Assembly (NCBI GenBank): GCA_903832165.1
Contig: CAILAQ010000043.1
Coordinates: 1 to 31,491, forward strand
Source: an uncultured Bacteroidota bacterium
GTDB lineage: Bacteria > Bacteroidota > Bacteroidia > Bacteroidales > UBA12481
Reading direction: 5' to 3'
Length of the DNA stretch: 31,491 nt
Shown: in pieces, positions 17,227 to 26,648 of the stretch
Layout: every line of letters begins with the position of its first letter
Numbering within the stretch: position 1 is the stretch's first letter
Program-made: the position numbers and the translations under genes
The notes under the pieces: model-generated
Seen by the model: the letters and a program-made list of their open reading frames with translations, nothing else
Told to the model about the DNA's origin: nothing
The model's database searches: none

Positions 17227-17619
17227 CTATTTGATTATCCCTAAATTCCTGAACGATTGAGCCAGTAATTCGATATTGAGAGGTTTGGCCAGATAATCAT
17301 CCATGCCATAAGAAAGACAACGCTCACGGTCGGCATTAAAAGTATTTGCAGTCAAAGCAATGATCGGAACCCGTAGATTCCTGGCCTGCTCGAAAATCCT
17401 TATTTGCCTGGTGGCTTCAAGCCCATCCATTACCGGCATCATGATATCCATGATGATTAACGAGAATCTTTCCGGTTCCACCTCATATTTTTCAATGGCT
17501 TCCAATCCATTACTGGCAAGCTCGATTAAAAAACCGAACCTGCGTAAACTCGATTCCATAAGCTTTTGATTCAGCTTATTGTCCTCGACCAGCAATATCG
17601 TCTTACCACTTGGCTCCAT
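17227..17619 (-). CDS. Single-domain (REC) response regulator
   Basis: [39 protein letters not shown]; no output domain. Confidence 0.88.
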   Translation of the reverse strand: MEPSGKTILLVEDNKLNQKLMESSLRRFGFLIELASNGLEAIEKYEVEPERFSLIIMDIMMPVMDGLEATRQIRIFEQARNLRVPIIALTANTFNADRERCLSYGMDDYLAKPLNIELLAQSFRNLGIIK

Positions 17620-17696
17620 AAATACCAACACTCAATTTGTGTAAATTTAGGAAATATTCCCAAAATTAACGGAAAGACGAACTAATTAGAAATTTA

Positions 17697-19253
17697 TTAC
17701 CGGTTTTCTGTCTCAAGGTTTACACGGACTCCGTTAATTTTGACCAACGCATCATTTGCATAGACGTACGAAATGACAACGTTACCTTCCGTGTCAAAAA
17801 CCCACCAGTTTTTGTCCCTCAGCCCCATGCGATAATTTTGTTCTTCCCTGATTTTTCCATTCTCGTAAAAGAGCTTATGCTTTCCGTCGGGTAATCCCTG
17901 AACATAATTTCCTTCGAACTTCACCACCCCATCAGCATAATATTCCTTCCATATACCATCTTTCAAACCTGCCTTATAGGAACCCTTTTGCGTAATATTT
18001 CCGATTTTATAGATCCACGCCCCCTCCTCAAGTCCTTCAATATATTCACCCTGAGCCAATACCACGCTATTCTCATCATATTCCGTGGATAAGCCATCTT
18101 CATGGCCGCGGATATAATTTTCCTCCCTCCGCAATACTCCGTTTGGAAAATACCAGGTCCATAAGCCGTCTTCCATTCCATTCAGATAATTACCTGTCTG
18201 CTCCGGTTTACCATCAGTATAATAAAATTTCCAAACCCCTGAACGTTTATCATTCTTGTAATTTCCCTCTAAACGGACCTGACCACCGGCGTAAAAAAAC
18301 TGCCAGAATTCCTCCTTGGTGCCCTTTTCATCGGTGACTCCTGCCGATATTACCTGACCGCTGTTGCTGAACTCCTTAATCTCCACTGTTGCCTTTCCCG
18401 GCTGATATTTCCGGTGCGTGCCTACAGGAATAGTATTCAGATAGCTGCCGCTCTTCAAAAGATTGCCGGTGCTGTCATATTCATTTTTTATTTCTGCAAC
18501 GATCTCCTGATTTCCGCCGCTCTCTATAAGCTTGCCGTTTTCGTAGAATTTGGAGGAAATAAGTTTTCCAGCCTGACTGTATTCGCGGGTGTATCCGTTC
18601 AATACCCCGCTCTTGTAATTTTCTTCGGTGCGTATATTGTCGTTTTCAAAATATTCTCGCCATACCCCCTGCTTAATTCCTTTATTATCAGTCTGATTAA
18701 TAAATTCCCTGTCGATAAGAAAATCATTGTGATATTTATAAACAATCTGTACTATCCCATGGATCAACTCGCGGGTTAACCCCTCTTTCTTGCCATCTTT
18801 GTACCGGACGATTCGCTCTGTTTCACCCTGCTTGTTATAATAGGTTGATAGTCCCTGTTTCTGATTATTCAGATAAAGTTCTTTGAACAATGGGACCGCT
18901 TTTAAAATATCATTTTTATTAATAATCTGATATTTAGTGTGATATCCACTTCTTTTTCCATCGAGATAATTGATTTCCTCCGTCAGAAAACCCTGCTCAT
19001 CATAAAATTTCCAAACGGAGTCGAGTTGAAAATTTCTTCGGTTTCCTTCTGATTTTGTTTTCCCGTTAATGTGATAGGAAATCCATTTTCCATCAGGTTT
19101 ACCCTCTTTGATCATCCCCTCGCTGGAAATCTGCTTGTTGCCATAATACAGTTTCGTGTAACCATCAGCCATATTTTCCTGGCCGTACAGTCCGTGACTG
19201 ATCAGAACAAAGAGGAGTGCTATTCCGGCACCCTTTACTCTCTTTATTATCAT
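17697..19253 (-). CDS. Large exported MORN-variant repeat protein
   Basis: Signal peptide; many G.W..YY.xG...EG.Y..G repeats throughout. Confidence 0.8.
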   Translation of the reverse strand: MIIKRVKGAGIALLFVLISHGLYGQENMADGYTKLYYGNKQISSEGMIKEGKPDGKWISYHINGKTKSEGNRRNFQLDSVWKFYDEQGFLTEEINYLDGKRSGYHTKYQIINKNDILKAVPLFKELYLNNQKQGLSTYYNKQGETERIVRYKDGKKEGLTRELIHGIVQIVYKYHNDFLIDREFINQTDNKGIKQGVWREYFENDNIRTEENYKSGVLNGYTREYSQAGKLISSKFYENGKLIESGGNQEIVAEIKNEYDSTGNLLKSGSYLNTIPVGTHRKYQPGKATVEIKEFSNSGQVISAGVTDEKGTKEEFWQFFYAGGQVRLEGNYKNDKRSGVWKFYYTDGKPEQTGNYLNGMEDGLWTWYFPNGVLRREENYIRGHEDGLSTEYDENSVVLAQGEYIEGLEEGAWIYKIGNITQKGSYKAGLKDGIWKEYYADGVVKFEGNYVQGLPDGKHKLFYENGKIREEQNYRMGLRDKNWWVFDTEGNVVISYVYANDALVKINGVRVNLETENR

Positions 19254-19690
19254 TATAGTTTTTATATAAATCTGATGATAATAATAATAGCCTGTTAATA
19301 CTGTTGATAAGTCAGAATTCCGGATGAAAAATCCACTATAATACGCGGAATTTCAGTTTATCAGCAATACAAAAATAGACAAAGAGTTTTGTGAATACTA
19401 TGTTGATTGCTTTTTGTATCTGATGAAAAATTTCTCTTGCATTTATAATTTCAAATTTTATAGGAGCAGCAGATGATACGATGCAAGTGAAAAAGTAAGT
19501 TTTTTTTGTGCAGATATCAGAATGGGGCTGTTGATAACCTTTATGATATTTTATCTGTTGATTCTTTGATGTTTGAGTGATTAGAATGAATTTAGACGGG
19601 AAATATTCAGACACCTTTTCGTTAAATTGGGCCTGATAATGAGTCAATTTAGATCAGTGTTAACAAAATATTAAAATTGTGGAAAAAAAA
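19254..19690. other. Putative chromosomal replication origin (oriC)
   Basis: Minus strand of 19261-19310: TTATCAACA-GTATTAACA-GGC-TATTATTATTATCATCAGA-TTTATATAAA (tandem DnaA boxes, GGC, trios, AT tract). More boxes at 19358, 19529, 19678. GC skew flips here and flanking genes diverge. Confidence 0.75.
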
Positions 19691-20131
19691 ATGTTCGAAA
19701 AGATAGGTTTGGCATGCGATCATGCAGGTTTTAAAATGAAGGAATATCTGCGCATTTGGTTAATAGATGAGGGTTACGCAGTTATGGATTTTGGATGCAA
19801 TTCATCAGAGAGCTGTGACTATCCTGATTTTGGACATCCGCTGGCCGAAGCCGTTTCCAATGGATCCTGCACAGTCGGAATAAGCTTGTGCGGAAGCGGC
19901 AATGGCATAAATATGGTTGTTAACAAATATCCGAAGATTAGATCAGCCCTTTGCTGGAATAAGGAGATTGCCAGCCTGGCCCGTCGTCATAATGATGCTA
20001 ATATTTGTGCATTACCTGCCAGATTCATTACGCCGGGCGAAGCTCAGTCTATTTTACAGGAATTTTTAGAGACCGGTTTCGAAGCCGGGCGTCATGCCCT
20101 CAGAATAAAGAAAATTCCTCTTAATTATTGA
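19691..20131 (+). CDS. rpiB: Ribose-5-phosphate isomerase B
   Basis: IGLACDHAGF.MK, DYPDFG, LCGSGNG..MVVNK...IRSALCW, ARRHNDAN, F..GRH..RI.KI. Confidence 0.95.
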   Translation: MFEKIGLACDHAGFKMKEYLRIWLIDEGYAVMDFGCNSSESCDYPDFGHPLAEAVSNGSCTVGISLCGSGNGINMVVNKYPKIRSALCWNKEIASLARRHNDANICALPARFITPGEAQSILQEFLETGFEAGRHALRIKKIPLNY

Positions 20132-20137
20132 TCCCGC

Positions 20138-21514
20138 ATGGAGAGCAAAGCAAAAATATTTCATACAAAATCTGAAGAGATTGCTTTCGACCGTGAACAC
20201 CGGCGAATACTCAATTATAATATAGGCCAGTATGATAAGGCTGTGGATAAAGGCCGGAAATTCTTTCGCGACATGGACATTGTCCGCGAGCAGGCGTCGA
20301 AAATCAAGGAGTATGTGCTGCAGGAATTTGAACAACTGCTCGTCCGTTTTGAAAAGAATGCCCGCGGAAACGGTTGTGAAGTGCATTGGGCAGCGGAAGC
20401 TGCCGATGTTTATAAAATATTGACTCAAATCATTGCTTCAGAGGATGTGCAGACAGTAGTGAAAATGAAATCGATGATTTCAGAAGAGCTTGAAATCAAC
20501 CATTTTTTGAATAAACATAAAGTCGAATCTTTCGAAACTGATCTTGGTGAATTCATTGTCCAGCTGGCTGGCGAAAAACCTTATCATATCGTTACTCCTG
20601 CCATGCATAAATCAAAGGAGGATGTGGCCGCACTTTTTCATCAGAAATATGGTATGGATCCCGAATCTAAACCTGAGGAGATCACCGCTTTTGTAAGAAA
20701 TTTTCTTCGTGATAAATTTATGAATGCCGGGATGGGAATCACCGGAGCTAATTTTTTGATTGCCGAAACCGGTTCTGTGGCACTTACTGAAAATGAGGGT
20801 AATGGAATGATGACTTTTTCCTGGCCTAAAACATTAGTGGTCATTGCCGGGATAGAAAGGTTGCTGCCTGAACTGGCCGATCTCGACCTGTTCTGGCCAC
20901 TGTTGGCTGTCCATGGGACGGGTCAGCATGTTACTGCTTATAATTCAATACTATCCGGACCGGCCAAATCCACCGAGGGTGATGGTCCCAAGCGTATGGT
21001 TGTCATTTTATTTGATGGGGGCCGTACGCGCCTTTTTCAGGACATTGATATGGTGCCGGCACTCAAATGTATACGCTGTGGCGCTTGTCTGAATGCCTGC
21101 CCGATATACAAAAATGTCGGGGGTCATACTTATCAGACTACCTATACCGGACCTATCGGATCGGTGATATCAAGGTATATGGATGACAGCCAGGATATGG
21201 GATTTCTGAATTTTGCCTCGAGCCTGTGCGGCAAATGCACCGATGTTTGTCCGGTAAAGATCCCGCTGCATAAGCTGTTACTCGCAAACAGGCATAAAAT
21301 AGTTGAATCGTCGGACAACGTGGGTGTTGAGCGATTTTTCTTCAGTAATTACCGAAAATACATGATGAGGCGACGAAAGCTGGAGCGTATTAACCCTAAA
21401 TGGAAAAATAAGGCGATGACCACCATCGGCATGAAAGTTTGGGGACCCAGAAGAGATCCGCTCGTTTTTGCCAAGGAATCATTTCACCTGACCTGGAAAA
21501 AGAAGGGATTTTAG
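20138..21514 (+). CDS. lutB: LutB/LldF family Fe-S lactate utilization protein
   Basis: KSM.SEE, ETDLGEFIVQL..EKPYHIV.PAMH, GITGANFLIAETG, LKCIRCGACLNACP, SSLCG.C..VCPVKIPL. Confidence 0.85.
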   Translation: MESKAKIFHTKSEEIAFDREHRRILNYNIGQYDKAVDKGRKFFRDMDIVREQASKIKEYVLQEFEQLLVRFEKNARGNGCEVHWAAEAADVYKILTQIIASEDVQTVVKMKSMISEELEINHFLNKHKVESFETDLGEFIVQLAGEKPYHIVTPAMHKSKEDVAALFHQKYGMDPESKPEEITAFVRNFLRDKFMNAGMGITGANFLIAETGSVALTENEGNGMMTFSWPKTLVVIAGIERLLPELADLDLFWPLLAVHGTGQHVTAYNSILSGPAKSTEGDGPKRMVVILFDGGRTRLFQDIDMVPALKCIRCGACLNACPIYKNVGGHTYQTTYTGPIGSVISRYMDDSQDMGFLNFASSLCGKCTDVCPVKIPLHKLLLANRHKIVESSDNVGVERFFFSNYRKYMMRRRKLERINPKWKNKAMTTIGMKVWGPRRDPLVFAKESFHLTWKKKGF

Positions 21515-21540
21515 TCGAAGGCTCAGGGGTAGCCACCGCA

Positions 21541-21939
21541 CTATTTTCTGTCGATATACTTCTGGAAGAATGGCCTGAAAAAAAGATAATAAATGGTAAG
21601 TCCGGCCAGTCCGCCAACCAGATCGGAAAAGAAATCCATGATGTCAGCAGAGCGGTTAATGAATAGTTTTTCCTGAAGAATTTCAATAAGCCCGCCGTAA
21701 AAGGCAACAATCAGCATGGTGAGCAGCGGTCCGGATAACTGGAAAATTGTTTTTTTCGTGAGGTCGAATTCAGCGCAAAGAAAGAATGCCAGCGGAAAAT
21801 AGAGTCCGGCATGTACAATCTTATCGAAATTAGGTATGGTAAAAAAATGGATTTGTGGAAGCGACCCACCCGGAATAGCGCATAGTACAAGTATCAGGAG
21901 AGCCCAGATCAGACTAATAATAAATAACTTTCGTATCAT
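21541..21939 (-). CDS. VanZ family membrane protein
   Basis: DKIVHAGLYF.L, YGGLIEILQ, RSAD..DF..D..G. Confidence 0.85.
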   Translation of the reverse strand: MIRKLFIISLIWALLILVLCAIPGGSLPQIHFFTIPNFDKIVHAGLYFPLAFFLCAEFDLTKKTIFQLSGPLLTMLIVAFYGGLIEILQEKLFINRSADIMDFFSDLVGGLAGLTIYYLFFRPFFQKYIDRK

Positions 21940-22002
21940 TAACGACCAAAATGTGAATACAATTATAGTTAAAAATGAGCGATTTAAGTTAAATATGCTT
22001 CT

Positions 22003-23130
22003 ATGAGCGGCATTTATATCCATATCCCATTCTGCAAAAGCAAGTGCTTTTACTGCGACTTTTTTTCGGTCATTAAGAGCGAAGGCCGGGAGGGATTTGC
22101 CGGATTGCTGATGGAAGAGATCAAGCTTCGTTCAAATTATCTGGTTAATAAACAGATTGATACAATATATTTCGGAGGGGGTACCCCTACCCTTCTCCAT
22201 CCGGCACTTCTGGGAAGCATAATCACCCGGCTGAAGGAAATATTTGACGTAAATTCAGATGCTGAAATCACCCTGGAAGCTAATCCCGATGACCTTTCAC
22301 CAGAGGTGCTGAGCAATTATCTGAAAACCGGTTTTAACCGGATCAGCATCGGAACACAGTCTTTTTTCGATGAACACCTTAAGCTCATGAACCGCAGACA
22401 TGATGCTGACCGGGCGATCGAATCCGTACGAATGGCCTGGGAAGCGGGATTCCGGAATATCAGCCTCGACCTGATTTACGGCATTCCGGGTATGACGGCT
22501 GAAGAGTGGGAACAAAACCTGAAAGTAGCAGCCGGTTTGCCCGCCTGTCATATTTCAGCTTATCACCTGACTATTGAGCCGGGAACCCGGTTCGGACGGC
22601 TGAAAAAGGCCGGTCTGTTTTCTGAAATACCTGACGATGAGAGCGTTGGGCAATATCAAAAACTGCTTGAAATATTGAGTGATAACGGCTTTGAGCAATA
22701 TGAAATCTCCAATTTCGCCAGGAATCAGCAATACAGCCGTCATAATACCAAATACTGGACAGGCGAACCCTACCTCGGACTTGGCCCGTCTGCACATTCA
22801 TTTGATGGAACCGATCGTCACTGGAATCCCGCGAGCCTCTCAAAATATACGGCGGATATCCGTGAAAATAAATTGCCGAAGGGAGAGCTGATCAACCAAA
22901 ATATGCATAGGAATGAATACGTGATGACTCGTTTACGGACAGCAGCAGGCATAAGAAAAGATGGTTTTCAGTCAGCTTTTGGTGAGGCAGCCTGGCTCAA
23001 TCTGCTTGATATGGCAGGTGAACCTATCAGAAAAGGGTACCTGGTTTATGAAAATGAGCGGCTCTCTTTTGATACTGCAGCCTGGTTCCGCAGCGATGGA
23101 ATTCTGTCGGACCTGTTTGAGATTGGATAG
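22003..23130 (+). CDS. hemW: Radical SAM heme chaperone HemW
   Basis: GIYIHIPFCKSKCFYCDF, TIYFGGGTP, EITLEANP, ISLDLIYG.PG, YEISNFA, HN.KYW...YLGLGPSAH. Confidence 0.92.
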   Translation: MSGIYIHIPFCKSKCFYCDFFSVIKSEGREGFAGLLMEEIKLRSNYLVNKQIDTIYFGGGTPTLLHPALLGSIITRLKEIFDVNSDAEITLEANPDDLSPEVLSNYLKTGFNRISIGTQSFFDEHLKLMNRRHDADRAIESVRMAWEAGFRNISLDLIYGIPGMTAEEWEQNLKVAAGLPACHISAYHLTIEPGTRFGRLKKAGLFSEIPDDESVGQYQKLLEILSDNGFEQYEISNFARNQQYSRHNTKYWTGEPYLGLGPSAHSFDGTDRHWNPASLSKYTADIRENKLPKGELINQNMHRNEYVMTRLRTAAGIRKDGFQSAFGEAAWLNLLDMAGEPIRKGYLVYENERLSFDTAAWFRSDGILSDLFEIG

Positions 23131-23188
23131 TTTTAGGGTATATCCACGGTTTGATATTATTTCTACTTTAACCCAAAATTTAAAGGCT

Positions 23189-24529
23189 ATGAAAAATCGG
23201 AGAGATTTTCTGAAAACGGCAGCTTTATCAGCAATTGGTGTAGCTGCTGCTCCTGCATTAAATGCCGCGGTTAGGGACGGGGTCCCGACTTTGCATAGTG
23301 CCGCGGTTAGGGACGGGGTCCCCGCCTCCGGCTTCGCCTTCGCGGGGATGACAAAAGATGGTGCAGAGCAGATTCAGGCTGATCTGTTGAAAAATTTGCC
23401 GGAAATTGTGCGGGAAGATTACCTTGCGCGGCAGGAAAAGGCCCGCGAATGGATGCTTAAATCGAACATTGATGCCCTATTCGTAGAGGGAGGAAATAAT
23501 CTGGGCTATTTTACTAATACCGCATGGTGGAGCAGTGAGCGGGTTTTTGGCTTCCTCCTGAGTCCGCATGCTGAGATGGTCTGGATCTGTCCGGCCTTTG
23601 AAAAAGCACGTGCTGAGGAAGTTATCGAGTATGGTAAAGATATCAGGGTATGGCATGAGCATGAGAGCCCCTACTCTATTTTCGCTGATTACCTGAAATC
23701 AATCGGCAAGCCGGGCGGAAAAATCGGAGTCGACCCCAATGCCCGTAGTTTTGTGAATGAAGGAATCCGCAGAGCTGGTGGTGCGCAGGTGGTTGATGGT
23801 TCCGTGATTACCGAAAATACCCGGGCCGTGAAAACAGCCAAGGAAATTCAATTAATGGATGTGGCCAACCGCATTACAAAGCTGGCCTTCAAAAAAGGAT
23901 TCGCTCAGCTGCATGAAGGAATGACTACCGGTGAGTTCAGCAAGATAGTTTCTCAGGCTCATACCGATATGGGTGTTTTGGGCGGCGGCGGACCGCTCTT
24001 CGGTACCAACGCCGCTTTTCCGCATGGAACAAAATTTATTAAAACCCTGGAGCAGGGCGATGTGGTGTTAGTGGATGGTGGTTGTTCGTTAAAAGGTTAT
24101 AAATCAGATGTTACGCGAACCGCCATCTTAGGCAAGCCATCCGATGAGCTGAAAAAGGTATTTGAAACGGTATGGAATGCCCAGCAGGCAGCCTTTAAAG
24201 CGATACATAACGGAGCGATTTGTGGCGATGTGGATGCTGCAGCACGCAAGGAAATGGCTAAGGGCGGATATGGCGCCGACTATGAATATTTTACTCATCG
24301 CCTGGGTCATGGTATCGGTACTGAAGGCCACGAATTTCCATATCTGGTAAGAAATAATAAACTGAAAATGACTACCGGAATGACCTTTACAAACGAGCCG
24401 GGACTCTACCTGTACGGTAAGTTTGGCGTGAGAATCGAGGATTCACTGGTGGTGACCGATAACGGCTGCAAAATTCTCGGCGGCATGCCTTGTTTGTCGA
24501 TGGATAATATACTCAGTGATTCTCTGTAG
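23189..24529 (+). CDS. Tat-exported Xaa-Pro peptidase (M24B family) carrying an in-frame REP insertion
   Basis: MKNRRDFLK twin-arginine signal; metal ligands VD.G, SDVTRT, HRLGHGIG.EGHE, TNEPG, GVRIED. Confidence 0.9.
   Translation: MKNRRDFLKTAALSAIGVAAAPALNAAVRDGVPTLHSAAVRDGVPASGFAFAGMTKDGAEQIQADLLKNLPEIVREDYLARQEKAREWMLKSNIDALFVEGGNNLGYFTNTAWWSSERVFGFLLSPHAEMVWICPAFEKARAEEVIEYGKDIRVWHEHESPYSIFADYLKSIGKPGGKIGVDPNARSFVNEGIRRAGGAQVVDGSVITENTRAVKTAKEIQLMDVANRITKLAFKKGFAQLHEGMTTGEFSKIVSQAHTDMGVLGGGGPLFGTNAAFPHGTKFIKTLEQGDVVLVDGGCSLKGYKSDVTRTAILGKPSDELKKVFETVWNAQQAAFKAIHNGAICGDVDAAARKEMAKGGYGADYEYFTHRLGHGIGTEGHEFPYLVRNNKLKMTTGMTFTNEPGLYLYGKFGVRIEDSLVVTDNGCKILGGMPCLSMDNILSDSL
23263..23354 (+). 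repeat. In-frame REP-like unit preceded by a partial duplicate
   Basis: 23305-23354 matches the GIY-YIG-associated unit at 49/50. TGCCGCGGTTAGGGACGGGGTCCC occurs at 23263 and 23299 (36-bp period). Confidence 0.92.
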
Positions 24530-24578
24530 ATTCTTCCTAAATTTGGCCCCATAATATAAACGGTCAATTAAGGGTCAA

Positions 24579-26066
24579 TTGAATCAGGTTAAAAAACTCG
24601 CGGGTCAAACGATGGTCTATGGATTGGGTAGTATCCTCCCCAGGGTGCTGAATTTCCTTATTCTAACCAGTTTCTATACCTCAATATTTGGACCGAAACC
24701 CTATGGAGTTCTCAGTGAACTGTATGCCTGGCTGGCCATTGCCCTGGTAATTATTGAGTTCGGCATGGAATCCGGCTTTTTCCGCTTTGCAAAGGATAAG
24801 CTGGATGAGCGGAAAGCCTTCAGCCATGCGATTGGTTTAATCTCCATCCTTTCCCTGTTTTGGATGGGGCTGGTTTATGTTTTCATCAATCCAATATCGG
24901 AGTCCATTCATTACAGCGGCAATCAGAATTACATTATCTGGATGGCCTGGATTGTGGCTATCGACTCGATGGCCCTCGTGCCTTTTGCCAAGATCAGGCA
25001 AGATGGAAGGCCACGAAGGTTTGCACTGCTGAAGATGTTTAACGTACTGATTAACATTGCTCTGGTAATAACATTCCTGCTGATTTTTCCATGGATTCAC
25101 AAACATACCGGCGGGCTGCCCGGGTGGTTGTACAATCCTGACCTCGGCGTGGGATATGTTTTCCTGTGCAACCTGATTACAAGCGCCCTGATGTTCGTTT
25201 TGCTGATACCGGAATTGCGCAGTTTTCAGTGGTTGTTTGACCGGAAGTTTTTGATCAGGCTGCTGAAATACTCGGCTCCGCTGGTGATTGTGGGGCTGGC
25301 CGGATCGATCAATGATTCAGGCGATAAGATATTTGTGAAGTTCCTGACAGGTGATCAGGGGCAGGTTGGCATCTATTCATCCAACTACCGCATAGCAGTG
25401 CTGATGATGTTGTTTATACAGATGTTCCGATATGCATTTGAACCCTTCCTTTTTAAAGTTTCGAAGGATAAGGATTCCGGGGAAACCTATGCCCTGGTGT
25501 TACGCTATTTTGTGATTACCGGACTCATTCTTTTCCTGATCACCTCGCTGTATATCGATATTTTTAAGGTGGTACTGCTGCGGCAGAAAGAATTTTGGGT
25601 GGGTCAGGCCGTGGTGCCGATCGTATTGTTGGGCAATTTCTTTCTTGGGGTCTATTATAATCTGTCGGTCTGGTACAAGGTTAAGGATCTCACTCGCTAT
25701 GCTGCAATCATGGCACTTACCGGCGCAGTGGTAACAATCGTCCTGAACTGGACCCTGGTACCGGAAATTGGATATATGGGGGCTGCCTGGGCAACTCTTG
25801 CCTGCTACACTACCATGATGGTAATCTCCTATTTCTGGGGCCGGAAGATCTACCCTATCCCCTATCAGACAGGATTGTTACTGGCCTGGACCGCTCTGGC
25901 CCTTGCTCTTTACGCGATATCGGTTTTGATAAAGCCAGAAAATTTCTTTATTCGCCTGGCATGGGACAGTTTACTGATGCTGGTTTTTATTGTGGTGGTG
26001 GGTTTAAAGGAAAAGGCAATGGTGCAGTCGATCTGGCAGCAGGTCAGAAATCGTGGCCGTAAATAA
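24579..26066 (+). CDS. Polysaccharide biosynthesis / oligosaccharide flippase (MOP superfamily)
   Basis: [45 protein letters not shown]; many TM segments. TTG start. Confidence 0.85.
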   Translation: MNQVKKLAGQTMVYGLGSILPRVLNFLILTSFYTSIFGPKPYGVLSELYAWLAIALVIIEFGMESGFFRFAKDKLDERKAFSHAIGLISILSLFWMGLVYVFINPISESIHYSGNQNYIIWMAWIVAIDSMALVPFAKIRQDGRPRRFALLKMFNVLINIALVITFLLIFPWIHKHTGGLPGWLYNPDLGVGYVFLCNLITSALMFVLLIPELRSFQWLFDRKFLIRLLKYSAPLVIVGLAGSINDSGDKIFVKFLTGDQGQVGIYSSNYRIAVLMMLFIQMFRYAFEPFLFKVSKDKDSGETYALVLRYFVITGLILFLITSLYIDIFKVVLLRQKEFWVGQAVVPIVLLGNFFLGVYYNLSVWYKVKDLTRYAAIMALTGAVVTIVLNWTLVPEIGYMGAAWATLACYTTMMVISYFWGRKIYPIPYQTGLLLAWTALALALYAISVLIKPENFFIRLAWDSLLMLVFIVVVGLKEKAMVQSIWQQVRNRGRK

Positions 26067-26089
26067 CTTATGATCAAATTGAACGTTTT

Positions 26090-26524
26090 ATGAAGGTGAA
26101 AATTGTTAATCATTCAAAGCATGAACTGCCGGCGTACAGCACAGAGCTGTCGGCTGGCATGGATATCAGGGCAAATCTTGAAGCGCCTGTAACTATGAAG
26201 CACATGGACCGAAAACTGATTCCCACAGGACTGTTTATCGAGCTTCCGCAAGGCTTTGAGGCACAGATTCGTCCACGAAGTGGTCTTGCCCTGAAAAGAG
26301 GCATTACCGTACTGAATTCTCCCGGAACCATCGATGCCGATTATCGCGGCGAGGTAGGGATTATACTGATAAACCTGTCGGGCGGCGATGTGATTATTGA
26401 GGACGGTGAACGGATTTGCCAGATGATTATCAGCAAGCACGAAACGATCAGCTGGGAGGCCGTTGAAACGCTCGCAGTGAGCGACCGTGGCGCAGGAGGA
26501 TTCGGCCATACCGGGGTGAAGTAG
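26090..26524 (+). CDS. dut: dUTP diphosphatase
   Basis: [43 protein letters not shown]. Confidence 0.97.
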   Translation: MKVKIVNHSKHELPAYSTELSAGMDIRANLEAPVTMKHMDRKLIPTGLFIELPQGFEAQIRPRSGLALKRGITVLNSPGTIDADYRGEVGIILINLSGGDVIIEDGERICQMIISKHETISWEAVETLAVSDRGAGGFGHTGVK

Positions 26525-26641
26525 GGGAGGGACCCGCGGGTCCTCCCTCTTGAAATGACAACAGGGAGACTGGGGTTCTATCAATAGCCTCCATCTTCAG
26601 ATGGGGGAATACAGGGCAGAAGGCACAAGGCAGAAGGCATA
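26521..26641. repeat. Composite intergenic repeat cluster (GTAG-hairpin, second hairpin, heptamer array)
   Basis: GTAG-GGGAGGGACCCGCGGGTCCTCCC...ATGACAA; CCTCCATC-TTCA-GATGGGGG (26588-26607); GGGCAGA-AGGCACA-AGGCAGA-AGGCATA (26614-26641). Confidence 0.65.
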
Positions 26642-26648
26642 AATTAGG

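Noticed and set aside
19336-19647. 103-aa ORF in the AT-rich gap
   Set aside because: TTG start, no recognisable motif, and it overlies DnaA-box-like sites; probably spurious.
22961-23188. 76-aa N-terminal extension of the peptidase (and similar extensions at 2998-3075 and 16186-16272)
   Set aside because: The peptidase and T9SS-gene extensions overlap hemW and ruvB, and in all three cases they would bury clear signal peptides; the downstream ATGs are preferred.
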